Positions 31,705-41,165 are shown, numbered from the stretch's first letter. The stretch is 64,000 nucleotides of DNA from Deltaproteobacteria bacterium (GCA_016875165.1 VGSF01000018.1:399-64398), one strand, 5' to 3'. The notes: generated by a model not told the origin, from the sequence alone. Made by a program: numbers and translations.

Positions 31705-31995
31705 TTAACGATGGGCTGCTTTTTCATAGACAAGCTTTCCTTCCTTCATTACAAGGCTCTTGAATTTCGTCATCTTTCCGGAGAGGTCGATGATGTCAAC
31801 ATCCTTAGACATCTCCCGGAGGAGTTCTCCATAAAACATAAAGAGCTTTCCAGGTGGTATGTCCGCCACGGCGAAATCATAATCCCTAATTTCGGGGGGC
31901 TCCTTGTATAGGGCAGATCCGATCAAGTACATCTTCCCGATGCCATATTTTTTGGCAATAGCAATGGCCTTCTCAAGCTCTTCCTTCGGAATCAT
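31705..31995 (-). CDS. Minimal nucleotidyltransferase-fold protein
   Basis: LIGSALYKEPPEIRDYDFAV and VDIIDL resemble the GS..DxD..D NTase pattern. It overlaps the upstream NTase gene by 4 nt. Confidence 0.5.
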   Translation of the reverse strand: MIPKEELEKAIAIAKKYGIGKMYLIGSALYKEPPEIRDYDFAVADIPPGKLFMFYGELLREMSKDVDIIDLSGKMTKFKSLVMKEGKLVYEKAAHR

Positions 31996-32309
31996 ATTTT
32001 CACCCCTTCCTCTTCGATATTTTTTACGATGGGGGATACTCGTAAAGGGGAATCTACTATTTCATAACGTGAAAATACGAGAGGAGAGATAAAAACAGAA
32101 TACTCTAATCCGACCTCCCAGGCTATGTGATATATATTATCTTCCAATCCCTTATCGATATGCTCTGCTTCAATAAACACATCCATGTCAGAATACTCCT
32201 CAGCCTCACCCCTCGCCCTTGACCCGAATATCCTGAAATCTACCAACTGGACAACTTTGGCCAATCTCTCTTTCAGCTCCTTGGCTATTTTATAGTCTTT
32301 TTGGGTCAT
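31992..32309 (-). CDS. MNT-type minimal nucleotidyltransferase
   Basis: IFGSRARGEAEEYSDMDVFI motif. Confidence 0.7.
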   Translation of the reverse strand: MTQKDYKIAKELKERLAKVVQLVDFRIFGSRARGEAEEYSDMDVFIEAEHIDKGLEDNIYHIAWEVGLEYSVFISPLVFSRYEIVDSPLRVSPIVKNIEEEGVKI

Positions 32310-32394
32310 ACAAACTCGCTTTCTCGCGCTTGGAAGTCAGAAAAACTGTATGACAGCTCTTTCTTTCTCCCCAGATTTTTCTTTCCCTTTTTTC

Positions 32395-32522
32395 CTGGTC
32401 ACTGATCACTGCCCACTGATCACTGATCACTGATTACTGTTCACTTTCCTTACCGTTCCAAACCCCCTCGAAACCGACTTCCCAATCCCCCAATAATCCG
32501 GAATTTCAAAATTGACCGGAAA
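32395..32522 (-). repeat. Third copy of the cas6 3' end (last 27 codons plus stop) followed by tandem GTGAWCA heptamers
   Basis: The minus-strand reading of 32431-32522 gives VNFEIPDYWGIGKSVSRGFGTVRKVNSNQ-stop, matching the cas6 C-terminus. 32395-32445 reads GTGAACA GTAATCA GTGATCA GTGATCA GTGGGCA GTGATCA GTGACCA. Confidence 0.75.
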
Positions 32523-32882
32523 TCATCGCAGCCCTCCTCTTATAAATTCTAAAAATGCCCTAAATCCTTCAAGGGGTTCGAATGGAAACGGGGAAACCTC
32601 CACCTGGTTTTGAGAGCCCCTATGAAAATGATGCGGAAAAGTGGCTAAGGACTGCCATTGCTTGTCGGGGAAATTGTCATACCGGAAAAAAGTGCCGAGT
32701 TCATCCATGGTTTCCCAGTGAAACCCAAACCGATCAGAAAATTTTTGCGACAAGAAAGCGTCTAAAAAACTGCCGTTGATAAAAACAACCCTCAACTTAT
32801 AGTCAATTTCATAGGTATTCTTAACGATATCAGAGAATTCTATTTCCGCGATTCTTTTCAAGTCTTCGATGGTGGGCATCAA
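32523..32882 (-). CDS. TumE-family (DUF6516) toxin-like protein
   Basis: FGFHWETMDELGTFFRYDNFPDKQWQSLATFPHHFH matches the ..YHxQ..FRYDNxPHxP..TFPHHKH.. pattern of DUF6516. Confidence 0.65.
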   Translation of the reverse strand: MMPTIEDLKRIAEIEFSDIVKNTYEIDYKLRVVFINGSFLDAFLSQKFSDRFGFHWETMDELGTFFRYDNFPDKQWQSLATFPHHFHRGSQNQVEVSPFPFEPLEGFRAFLEFIRGGLR

Positions 32883-33157
32883 ACTGCCTCTGAAAGGAAT
32901 TTTTTAATCTTTTCCCTTTCCGCCTCAAGGTTATCGAAAACAAAATAGTCCTCATACCCTTTTTCTTCTGTGATAAACCCTTCTTTTACTCTCGAATCAA
33001 ATTCAAAGACATCCTTAACCCCATATTTTTTCGTCAAAATATAAATATCGGCTTCAATCTTTGCGAGCCTCTTCTCGAGATAAGTCCTGAGACTTTCCTT
33101 TATCAGCTCATCCGGCTTCATATGAAGTTCTTTCGCGACTAAATCTATAGTGGCCAT
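32879..33157 (-). CDS. 92-aa partner of the TumE-like gene
   Basis: RBS AAGGAGGG and a 4-nt overlap with the downstream gene. No family recognised. Confidence 0.45.
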   Translation of the reverse strand: MATIDLVAKELHMKPDELIKESLRTYLEKRLAKIEADIYILTKKYGVKDVFEFDSRVKEGFITEEKGYEDYFVFDNLEAEREKIKKFLSEAV

Positions 33158-33199
33158 CTTACCCTCCTTTGATCACCTTTTTCTTTTCCAACAAATTCA

Positions 33200-33372
33200 A
33201 TCTTTCCCCGTTCAACTTTCAATTCTTTGAACCGTCCCAAACCCCCTCGACAACGATCCTGAATCAAGTTCAGGACAAGCCCCCCAATTTGCCAATAATC
33301 TGGAATTTCAAAATTGACCGAAAAATGGCCGGGGAATCCAAGCATTGGGGTGCCTTTTAGGATATAGATCAA
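33200..33372 (-). repeat. Second copy of the cas6 3' end (about the last 56 codons), disrupted
   Basis: It reads ..YILKGTPMLGFPGHFSVNFEIPDYW.. like cas6 ..YYLKEVKTSLKGTPMLGFLGTFSVNFEIPDYW.. An insert of about 29 nt contains the palindrome CCTGAACTTGATTCAGG, and SRGFGTV then follows out of frame. Confidence 0.75.
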
Positions 33373-33596
33373 TCATGCTTCTTTTGACCATATTCTTCCT
33401 GATTTTCGTGTACGGCTCCAACCGAGATGGAAGTGGGTTCGACCAATCGGCTTTTCAGTCTGTCCCAAAGCGGATCCCTTTCGATAAGCTCTCGGGTCTT
33501 TTTGCGCTTCTCAACCCATGAGAGTCCCTGATCTTCTTCGTCAATTTCCACCCGCCGTCTGCGCATCCAGGCAACAGCATCAAAGGTTTTCTTCAT
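33369..33596 (-). CDS. 75-aa partner of the PIN-like gene
   Basis: MKKTFDAVAWMRRRRVEIDEEDQGLSWVEKRKKTRELIERDPLW.. It overlaps the PIN-like gene end. Confidence 0.45.
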   Translation of the reverse strand: MKKTFDAVAWMRRRRVEIDEEDQGLSWVEKRKKTRELIERDPLWDRLKSRLVEPTSISVGAVHENQEEYGQKKHD

Positions 33597-34050
33597 GGGA
33601 CAACACCTCCCTCGGAGTACGAATTTCAATCAATCCGTAGCCTTGCTCTAAATTAACGGCATTGAACAGCCGTATTTTGTCTAAATTGACGACATGCTTA
33701 AAATTCCAACTGACTAACACGTCCACGTGAGCAACCGTCGCCAAAGCTACATGAAAAGCATCCGACCGACTACCAGGGCCAACGATCCCATGGGCCAGAT
33801 ATGCTTCTGCCAAAGCATCGGCTTCCGGTGTATCTGCAAGTATGATCTGATGCGCCACAGGAATATCAAGAAGGTGTGCACGCACGTTTTCAGGAGCTCC
33901 GCTTAATTCTCGAAGAGTATGTTCCGACAGAACCTGCATAAAAACGCCCTTGATGAAAAGGCGCCACAGTGAGAGACTGGGTTTAGCAAATTCGCTGTCC
34001 TCGCAACCGCCAATAGCCGAGGCATCAACATAAATATAAAGCCTCTTCAT
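33580..34050 (-). CDS. PIN-like domain protein (VapC-type toxin candidate)
   Basis: MKRLYIYVDASAIGG.. and ..DAFHVALATVAHVDVLVSWNFKHV.. fit the acidic-residue spacing of PIN-like toxins. Confidence 0.55.
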   Translation of the reverse strand: MKRLYIYVDASAIGGCEDSEFAKPSLSLWRLFIKGVFMQVLSEHTLRELSGAPENVRAHLLDIPVAHQIILADTPEADALAEAYLAHGIVGPGSRSDAFHVALATVAHVDVLVSWNFKHVVNLDKIRLFNAVNLEQGYGLIEIRTPREVLSHEENL

Positions 34051-34114
34051 CTGTATCTCTCCCCACCTAACTTCGTCCCCGTCTCCCATTTCGTCATTTT
34101 TTACTGATCACTCC

Positions 34115-34798
34115 TCACTGTTCACTCTTCACTTTTTTTATCGTCCCAAATCCCCTCGACACCGACTTCCCAATCCCCCAATAATCCGGAATTTCAAAGT
34201 TGACGGAAAAGGTGCCCAAAAACCCAAGCATGGGAGTGCCTTTGAGGGAAGTTTTAACTTCCTTAAGATAATAGATATTCGCCTCGATTGGAGCCGGCAC
34301 CGTATACCCCAGACTCTTCGACATCGAAATAATATTGCCAATCATTATCTTCTCGAGGAGTTGCTTCTTCTTCCCCCAAGTGCCCAACATCTGGTATTTT
34401 TCGTAATTCTTTTCATTTAAGGCAAGCCAGGGGGTGAGGAAGGAGTAGGATTGAACGGTCTCAGTGGTTTTTATTGGGGTATGATGAAATTCTAATTCTG
34501 TAGTAAGGATAGTATAATTTCCACACCCTAAAAAAAGTGTTTTTGCCGCCAGATCAAGATTGGCAAGGAGTTTTGCTCCGTCCTTAAATCCAACAAGCAG
34601 ACAATTACCATTAATTATCTTATACTGAACCAGCGGATGGTGGTAATCAATTTTCCCATTTTCACGATGTTGATGAAGTAATCGTTCTTCGGGATAGAGA
34701 TTGGATACTGCTCCGCGCAAGTCTTTGGTTTTAACTTTCCGATCAAGGGGTCGGTCAAATTTAAGTTTGAGAATACAGAGACTTATTTTACTATTCAT
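34115..34798 (-). CDS. cas6: Cas6 pre-crRNA endoribonuclease
   Basis: N-terminal ..LRGAVSNLYPEERLLHQH..YHHPLVQYK.. and C-terminal glycine-rich loop SRGFGTIKKV. The start overlaps the cas3 end by 4 nt. Confidence 0.8.
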   Translation of the reverse strand: MNSKISLCILKLKFDRPLDRKVKTKDLRGAVSNLYPEERLLHQHRENGKIDYHHPLVQYKIINGNCLLVGFKDGAKLLANLDLAAKTLFLGCGNYTILTTELEFHHTPIKTTETVQSYSFLTPWLALNEKNYEKYQMLGTWGKKKQLLEKIMIGNIISMSKSLGYTVPAPIEANIYYLKEVKTSLKGTPMLGFLGTFSVNFEIPDYWGIGKSVSRGFGTIKKVKSEQ

Positions 34799-37101
34799 AA
34801 TATTAATACTCCACCTGTAGAATCATCATCTATAACCAAACCTTTATCTGTAGAATAAAATCTATCGTGTAATATCCACTGCCCCAAATATTCAGTTGCA
34901 ATATCCTGTGGATCAAATCCGCGTTTTGCATAAACACTAACTGAAATTTTTGCTATCCTGCCTGCCATCGCTCGCCATGCCTCTCTCCGCTTCCAACGGT
35001 CGTCTATTTTGTTTGCTTTTGACATTTCATCTTTTAATTCAGGATCCTGTTTTATAACCAGAAAGGTGTATTTCTCCCGTTCTTCTCCCCGAAGTAGTTC
35101 CTTAACAGACTTATCTTCCTCCCATCTGGCAAATTTTTTAAGATGCTCAATCCCTGTATTCTTCTTTGCGGTCAACATCTCAAAGTAACGATCTGCAAAA
35201 GGTAGGATATCCCTTTCTTCGATCTCTGTAATCTCCTCTGTTAGTTGTTGAGTAATCTGCAAATGAACATCATCGTACACCATATCGGAATACCGTTTCC
35301 CCTTTTCATTGTTCAAGTCAACGACCTCAACAGTTGCCGGATGAGATAGTCTGCCGTTACGATTACAACGGCCAGCAATTTGAATTAAGCTGTCAAATGG
35401 AGCAAAGTCTCGAATTACAAAATTCATATCAATGTCAACCCCTGCCTCTATGCACTGAGTTGACACAACAATACAAGGATTATCTTCCTTAATTGTCTTT
35501 ATAATATCTAACCTATCCTTTGGAGTTACATCTGCACTGAGGAAAAATAATGGAATGTTTGAAAATTCCCGAGGCCAATCATCAGCCAGTTTATCACGCA
35601 CAAGCCGGGCGCTCTTGCGGGTATTCAATGTAATAAGTACCCGCTTGTTATTTTTTAACCATTCATCTCGGCGATTAAAAACCTCATTGCAGAAATCATT
35701 TATCTTAAGTTTTTCCTGAAGCCTAAACTGCAACTTATATCGGTTGAATTCCTCAAAATAAGCAGAGTAATCTTCTACGAGTGGTTTTGCATCCGAAATG
35801 ATGGCAGGGAGTGTAGCCGACATCAACAAAACACTGCTGTTACCAATCTTTACCAGACATCTCAATAGTTCTTCCAAAGGCTTCCATAACTTACAAGGAA
35901 GAGACTGAACCTCATCCATTACAATTAAAGAGTCGCACAAATTATGAAATCGCATCTGGTACCTTGTCTTTGTATCCATCAGAGCCATTAAGAACTGATC
36001 ATAAGTGGTAATCGTCAATTCCGTTCGCCATGTATCAACAAAAAAGTGTTCAACATCTTCCTCTAATCCCTGCTTATATTTTCTGTCGGACAGGGAGTGA
36101 CTTGTTAAAAACCATGAACCATCGGCCTCTTGACCACCAGTTGTCAGGAGAGATTCATATTCCCTTGTTGTCTGGTCAATTACAGAAAGAAAGGGCAACA
36201 CAATTATTGCCTTTGGGCATAGTCCTTTCTTGCTCATCTTCTCACGTAATTTTAAAAGCCATGTGGCAGAAAGCATCGTTTTGCCACTACCTGTTGGTGC
36301 TGTCAGGCTGAATATACCAGTCCTTTCAATCTTCTCAATCTGGCTTTTTAAAGTAATTCTTAGTGATTGTCGGATCTTATTAACCGGTGTATCTTCTGGT
36401 GAACCAATCTTTTGGTCAACCCATTGAGAGTTCCAGTATTTTATCTCTCTCTGGAGATAAGTTTGGGGGTTTTTTACAGCAAGAAGTGCCTTATCAGCCT
36501 CAAGCAAAAGAGAAAAGAGCAACTGGGTTTTTAGCCTGAAGATAATGGCATCCTCAATTGATAATCCCTCAAATTTAGGCACGACAGAATTATCAAGATA
36601 TTTTAAAGCCTCTGCCCAGGGACGACCATCAAGATTTAGCCTTGAAATATCAAGACCAGAATGCTGATTTAAGCCATCAGCTTGCAGGGTTGCAATCTGT
36701 CGCTTTAAGGTTTTGGGAAGTGCACCAATGCCTATTTCCCTCAACCTTTCTGCTAACGGTAATTCTTTATGGTGGCCGAAAACAATAGCAGATACACTCA
36801 TTGTCTCTAATGCCTCCCACTTTTCCTCTCTGGAAATTAAAAGTGTAAGAAGCAGAGACATTGGTGTATGAGCTTTATCCATTGGGTCGCCGGTGTAAGC
36901 AGGTGGATTCTCAATATATTCCTGAAATGCCTTTGTCCCTTTCCCTATATCATGCAAAGAAACTACCTTCTGAATAAGTGCCTTAATTTCCGGTGACACT
37001 ACACTCTTTGAATGCCAACCGCAGAGGCTGTCTATTGCGGATTTAACTTGAGCAATATGTTCAGAAAGTTGGAGATCTGGATGAGATTTCAGTTTGGTCA
37101 T
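34795..37101 (-). CDS. cas3: Cas3 HD nuclease-helicase fusion
   Basis: HD region VVSLHDIGKGTKAFQ, helicase motif I APTGSGKT and motif II VMDEVQS. Confidence 0.92.
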   Translation of the reverse strand: MTKLKSHPDLQLSEHIAQVKSAIDSLCGWHSKSVVSPEIKALIQKVVSLHDIGKGTKAFQEYIENPPAYTGDPMDKAHTPMSLLLTLLISREEKWEALETMSVSAIVFGHHKELPLAERLREIGIGALPKTLKRQIATLQADGLNQHSGLDISRLNLDGRPWAEALKYLDNSVVPKFEGLSIEDAIIFRLKTQLLFSLLLEADKALLAVKNPQTYLQREIKYWNSQWVDQKIGSPEDTPVNKIRQSLRITLKSQIEKIERTGIFSLTAPTGSGKTMLSATWLLKLREKMSKKGLCPKAIIVLPFLSVIDQTTREYESLLTTGGQEADGSWFLTSHSLSDRKYKQGLEEDVEHFFVDTWRTELTITTYDQFLMALMDTKTRYQMRFHNLCDSLIVMDEVQSLPCKLWKPLEELLRCLVKIGNSSVLLMSATLPAIISDAKPLVEDYSAYFEEFNRYKLQFRLQEKLKINDFCNEVFNRRDEWLKNNKRVLITLNTRKSARLVRDKLADDWPREFSNIPLFFLSADVTPKDRLDIIKTIKEDNPCIVVSTQCIEAGVDIDMNFVIRDFAPFDSLIQIAGRCNRNGRLSHPATVEVVDLNNEKGKRYSDMVYDDVHLQITQQLTEEITEIEERDILPFADRYFEMLTAKKNTGIEHLKKFARWEEDKSVKELLRGEEREKYTFLVIKQDPELKDEMSKANKIDDRWKRREAWRAMAGRIAKISVSVYAKRGFDPQDIATEYLGQWILHDRFYSTDKGLVIDDDSTGGVLIL

Positions 37102-37823
37102 AAATACATTACAACCTTATCGTCAACTTTATATGCTTGGTCTGTCTCTGCAGGAACTGCCCTTCCATCGCGCTCTACGAAATAGGCAGAATGGGAAAAA
37201 ACCCTATCAGCCGTAACGGTTCGGGGCATTTGGAGAGAATGGATTACTAATTCCTTCTCAAATATCTTTTCCATTTCAAGAACACCCACCCCCTGCTGAA
37301 ATACAGACTGAACATCGTAAGTGCCTTTTGGAAGCAACATACATTCATTTGTGCCAAGATATTCAATATCCGCTATCATTTCAGAAAGCCCAAGAGATGG
37401 ACTAAAATGCCACTGCCTCTTGTTTAGTCTATTTTTCAGTTCGGTATGGTGTGGCTCGGGGATTGAAACCCAGACGGTATAACTTGGTTCAAATAGCCAT
37501 TCTTGAAGAATCAATGTTGGTTTTTCAGGTACTGTATTCCGGTCTAACTTTTGAGTTCTTCTTATAAAGTGAGGTAATAAGGCGGGTGGATCCTTGCGCA
37601 ACTTTGCCCTATGCCAATGTGTCTTTGGCAATCTTCCATAAATTGCAACATTAGCTGGTTCCAGAGCAACCTGTGGCTCATCTTTTGGCAAACCAAGAAC
37701 AGCACCTAAAATACCCAAGATAACAGTTCTTGGTGGAATGGGGTAACTCAAAGCGCTTGCTGATGCCTCTGCCCTTAAGAAATGCGCAAAGCGACCACTG
37801 AGTCGGAAAATTATCAATTCCAT
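37098..37823 (-). CDS. cas5: Cas5
   Basis: MELIIFRLSGRFAHFLRAEASASALSYPIPPRTVILGILGAVLG is a canonical Cas5 N-terminus. Confidence 0.85.
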   Translation of the reverse strand: MELIIFRLSGRFAHFLRAEASASALSYPIPPRTVILGILGAVLGLPKDEPQVALEPANVAIYGRLPKTHWHRAKLRKDPPALLPHFIRRTQKLDRNTVPEKPTLILQEWLFEPSYTVWVSIPEPHHTELKNRLNKRQWHFSPSLGLSEMIADIEYLGTNECMLLPKGTYDVQSVFQQGVGVLEMEKIFEKELVIHSLQMPRTVTADRVFSHSAYFVERDGRAVPAETDQAYKVDDKVVMYL

Positions 37824-37826
37824 TGG

Positions 37827-38843
37827 TTACTCCTTTGATGTCTTTGCAGACTCATTATCTTTCTTGGAAGTGGATAACATTTCAACATCAAAAGACTCCC
37901 ATCCCGATGGCAAATCTTCTGTCAACTGAATATCCATTGATTTAGCATAACGCACCTTTTTTATCCTCACATTCTGAGCCATCAACCGGTTAATTAATAT
38001 CGTCAGGTCTAACTTGTAATCATCAGGTGATGCCCATGCCTTTTCGTCTTTGCCATTACTTGCCAGCATTTTCACGTAGTCATGCAATCGTCCAAATTGA
38101 AACTCTTCTTCTGCATTGTATTTGATGTCAATCAGCAGATGTGGAATTTGTCCTACTTTGGTTCTGGTGTTTCCACAAACCCTCACCCCGTGCCACATTG
38201 CTTTCAGCAGATATTCATAATCCTCGTCTGACATTTTCGAAATCTTTGCAGAATGTTCGTTTGCCACGCCAGAAAAGCCAATCAAGGCATAACGAAGGCC
38301 AAAGTAAGCAGTAAATGTACCTGCCTTTTCTTCCCCACTTTTGGAAAAGATAGTTGTTCCATGAATATCTACTTCCTCTGCTTTGTGAAGGACTTCGCCC
38401 ATATTGAGTTGAACCGCACCAGTCATTGTTTTGGGGACAAGATCCCATTTTGCCTTTCTACCGCTTCCTTTTCCTTCCTCTTCTTTTTTAAATGCAAAGG
38501 AGCTGCCAAAAAGCTTGGCATCAATAAAGGCATCCAAGAGTATCTTGACTAACTCCTCGCCGTTTGCCTCCTTCTGGTTGTGCTTTTGGAGATAATCCAC
38601 AACCCTGCCGGTCAAATTTGTTGTCCTGCCTTCAATGTTATCAACTAAGATGTCTTTCCCCTGACTTTTCATAAAATCCCGAGCAAAGCGTTTTAACCGA
38701 ACATCAGTTACATAATGTGTTCCATCCGGCAAAACCCGGGGTCTGTTTTCATCTGGATCACCATTTGGATTACCCATCTTGATGTCATAGAGAAACAGAA
38801 ATTCATGCCTGCTTGATAAAGTATCTTTAGTTTCCTTGTCCAT
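37827..38843 (-). CDS. cas7: Cas7 (Csh2/Csd2-type)
   Basis: FLFLYDIKMGNPNGDPDENRPR motif. Confidence 0.88.
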   Translation of the reverse strand: MDKETKDTLSSRHEFLFLYDIKMGNPNGDPDENRPRVLPDGTHYVTDVRLKRFARDFMKSQGKDILVDNIEGRTTNLTGRVVDYLQKHNQKEANGEELVKILLDAFIDAKLFGSSFAFKKEEEGKGSGRKAKWDLVPKTMTGAVQLNMGEVLHKAEEVDIHGTTIFSKSGEEKAGTFTAYFGLRYALIGFSGVANEHSAKISKMSDEDYEYLLKAMWHGVRVCGNTRTKVGQIPHLLIDIKYNAEEEFQFGRLHDYVKMLASNGKDEKAWASPDDYKLDLTILINRLMAQNVRIKKVRYAKSMDIQLTEDLPSGWESFDVEMLSTSKKDNESAKTSKE

Positions 38844-38844
38844 T

Positions 38845-40824
38845 TTATTTTTCCTCCTTTTTCGGTAAGATTGTTGTGGTCATAGACTGACCCAGCAACA
38901 GATAATAGTTAGTTGGTATCTCACCCAACTCAATATTATCTCCCAGCCTCCAGCCAAGATTCCCAATCTCAGCAATAAGTTCCCTCACATCTTCGCTCTT
39001 TTCGGTTTCATAAGATAGGAGCTTTTCCCTGGTTTTAATATACAATTCAGGAAGGTCTCTTCCCTTCAATGTACACCGTTTAAGCCAGGTAAGGGCATTT
39101 GCACCTACATTAACACCCCTTGCCCCTTGGACTTGAAGCACCTTTCCATAAAGCACACCAAGCAAGAAGGCATACGCCTTTTGTGGAGAATCAATCCCAC
39201 TTTCAGCGCCAAAATAGAGATTCAATCTCTCCATCTGCGGTTCGTAATATTTGTCTTCCATACTCATCACCTCCAATTTCTTAAAATAATATAACCACCA
39301 GCACAGATTTCTTATCCAACCAGCAGCAGTTAAAAAGGTCTCTCCAGTTTTCTTTCGGCCTTCGTAAAGAAGACTATTGTATCCTTTATCTTTTTGAATA
39401 GCATTCAGCCAATAGACTCGGGCAATAGTCATAATTTCTTCCCAGAATCTTACCGTTGGAATCTCTGTTTTGTGATATACAGAGGCAGCTATTGCTTTCT
39501 TTAATTGATGAAGTTTCATACTTGCGTCTGGACGATAAAATAGTGTTTTTAATGCCCTAAGTGATAAATCAGGGTGGAAGTTGATTCTTTTATCAGAAAA
39601 AAACATTATTTCTGGAAAAAGAGGATGTTTCCAATCCCGTGATTCCTCATTAACCTTTGATAGCTCAGTCAATCTACCTGGTGGCACATTCGTTATCATA
39701 CCTGTTACATCTTCTATATTTTGCCCAACTGTAGCCCAGAGGAAAGTAAGATTTAATATCCCTTTTTTATCCTTAAGGATGTCCAAAATCGTTAGCTCAG
39801 CCTCTTCCACATCAGAAGGTACAGTCTTCACAATGTCCTTTACTGCTTTCCAAATACTCTGTCTCGCATGGTAGTCTACTGTAGTAAATGGGATTACAAC
39901 AGCATTCTCTCCTGCAATAGGGGTGATAAAGGAATTCTGGTTTTTAGAGTCCTTTTTCAGGAAGTGGAATTTATATATATACAGCAGATCAGCACAGGCA
40001 TTACAGAGGGCATATCCTTTCCATGCTTGAGTTGTATCAATACCAGGAAAGGCTCCTGCTCTATCAGCATTGCTTATGTTAATGCCAGCACCTTTCAGAG
40101 CATTCGGGAAAACAGTAACACCTGTTGCGCCACATAGAGGACAGGTTTGATTATCTACAGCAGGTGTATTGCCAGTAACATATCTTGTTCCGGCAAGTTT
40201 TTCAGTCATCAGATAGGTGAGATATTCTGGTCGTTGACCAGGAAGTTTCCCGCTGCTATCCTTAATAGCAAGAAATACAGTCTGTTTCTGTTCGCCAATT
40301 TTATCAACCGCAGCGGCGAGAAGATTTTCGTAACCAACATCTTTCCAACAGACAATAGAGTTATCTATAAGTTTGAGTTGTGGACGATTCAGCAACCCTA
40401 CAATTTCATTAAAATAAGGTGACCACGGTTTATTATCACCAGCAATTTCCTCAAATGATTCAATAGTTGTTTTAAGGATTTTAGTGGAAGGTCCTGGACC
40501 TCCTGCCTTACTATAGCTGCGTTTTATTACTGGCCCAATCTGTGCCCCTTGAGAACCAGATGGCCTCATAAACGGTAGCCACCTTGCCTTTTCTTCAGTC
40601 ATATCTTCAGGAGACAGCCTGACAATGTCTTGGTCTACATCCTTCTCAAGAATATAGATTTTTTCAACATTTTCTCCACTCTCAACCAAAAATGGAAACA
40701 GCCGTTCAGGGTGATCGGTGCGTAACTTGTGATACCATTCTTCCAGATTTTGAGGCGGATTGTCTTTGTCTCCCAGTTTGTCAAAAAGAGAATCCCATGC
40801 CATTGTTCTCATTGCGTTAATCAT
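38845..40824 (-). CDS. cas8b: Cas8b large subunit (TM1802/Csh1-like)
   Basis: 659 aa, located at the head of cas7-cas5-cas3, with a central zinc-ribbon-like CPLCG ... CNAC. Confidence 0.75.
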   Translation of the reverse strand: MINAMRTMAWDSLFDKLGDKDNPPQNLEEWYHKLRTDHPERLFPFLVESGENVEKIYILEKDVDQDIVRLSPEDMTEEKARWLPFMRPSGSQGAQIGPVIKRSYSKAGGPGPSTKILKTTIESFEEIAGDNKPWSPYFNEIVGLLNRPQLKLIDNSIVCWKDVGYENLLAAAVDKIGEQKQTVFLAIKDSSGKLPGQRPEYLTYLMTEKLAGTRYVTGNTPAVDNQTCPLCGATGVTVFPNALKGAGINISNADRAGAFPGIDTTQAWKGYALCNACADLLYIYKFHFLKKDSKNQNSFITPIAGENAVVIPFTTVDYHARQSIWKAVKDIVKTVPSDVEEAELTILDILKDKKGILNLTFLWATVGQNIEDVTGMITNVPPGRLTELSKVNEESRDWKHPLFPEIMFFSDKRINFHPDLSLRALKTLFYRPDASMKLHQLKKAIAASVYHKTEIPTVRFWEEIMTIARVYWLNAIQKDKGYNSLLYEGRKKTGETFLTAAGWIRNLCWWLYYFKKLEVMSMEDKYYEPQMERLNLYFGAESGIDSPQKAYAFLLGVLYGKVLQVQGARGVNVGANALTWLKRCTLKGRDLPELYIKTREKLLSYETEKSEDVRELIAEIGNLGWRLGDNIELGEIPTNYYLLLGQSMTTTILPKKEEK

Positions 40825-40888
40825 TGAATACCACTCCTTTTTAAAAATTAGACAGCTTTAATCTCTATCTGCCATTTGCCGATTTATC

Positions 40889-41041
40889 TTATTGCAGAAA
40901 GCATAACTTACTTCCCATATGCCCATGAAATTCTGGACTATTTCTATGTAAATTCCCGAAAAACCCACGGATGGCGCGGCCATCGCTAAGTGCCAATGGA
41001 TTTTCAGTGGTTATCCAGATCTCGGTCTTTTCGAGGTTCAT
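40889..41041 (-). pseudogene. 50-codon ORF resembling the N-terminus of a Cas6/RAMP protein, truncated
   Basis: In MNLEKTEIWITTENPLALSDGRAIRGFFGNLHRNSPEFHGHMGSKLCFLQ-stop, the RGFF..PE.H segment resembles Thermus-type Cas6 N-termini as I recall them. It lies 66 nt upstream of cas8b. Confidence 0.35.
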
Positions 41042-41165
41042 AGATACCAGTGTCAGTGTCAGCGGTTGGTGAAAGGCGCAACCTAAGGCTGCGGCTGCCT
41101 TCCCCTCACCCTGCCCTCTCCCGCCAGGGGAAACATTAATTTCTCCCGCCAGGGGAGAGGGAATT
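40981..41165 (-). repeat. Direct repeat D, copy 1
   Basis: Hand alignment to 42597-42770 gives about 18 mismatches over roughly 140 nt. It includes REP-like GGGAGAGGG palindromes and the first 21 codons of the RAMP-like ORF. Confidence 0.75.
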
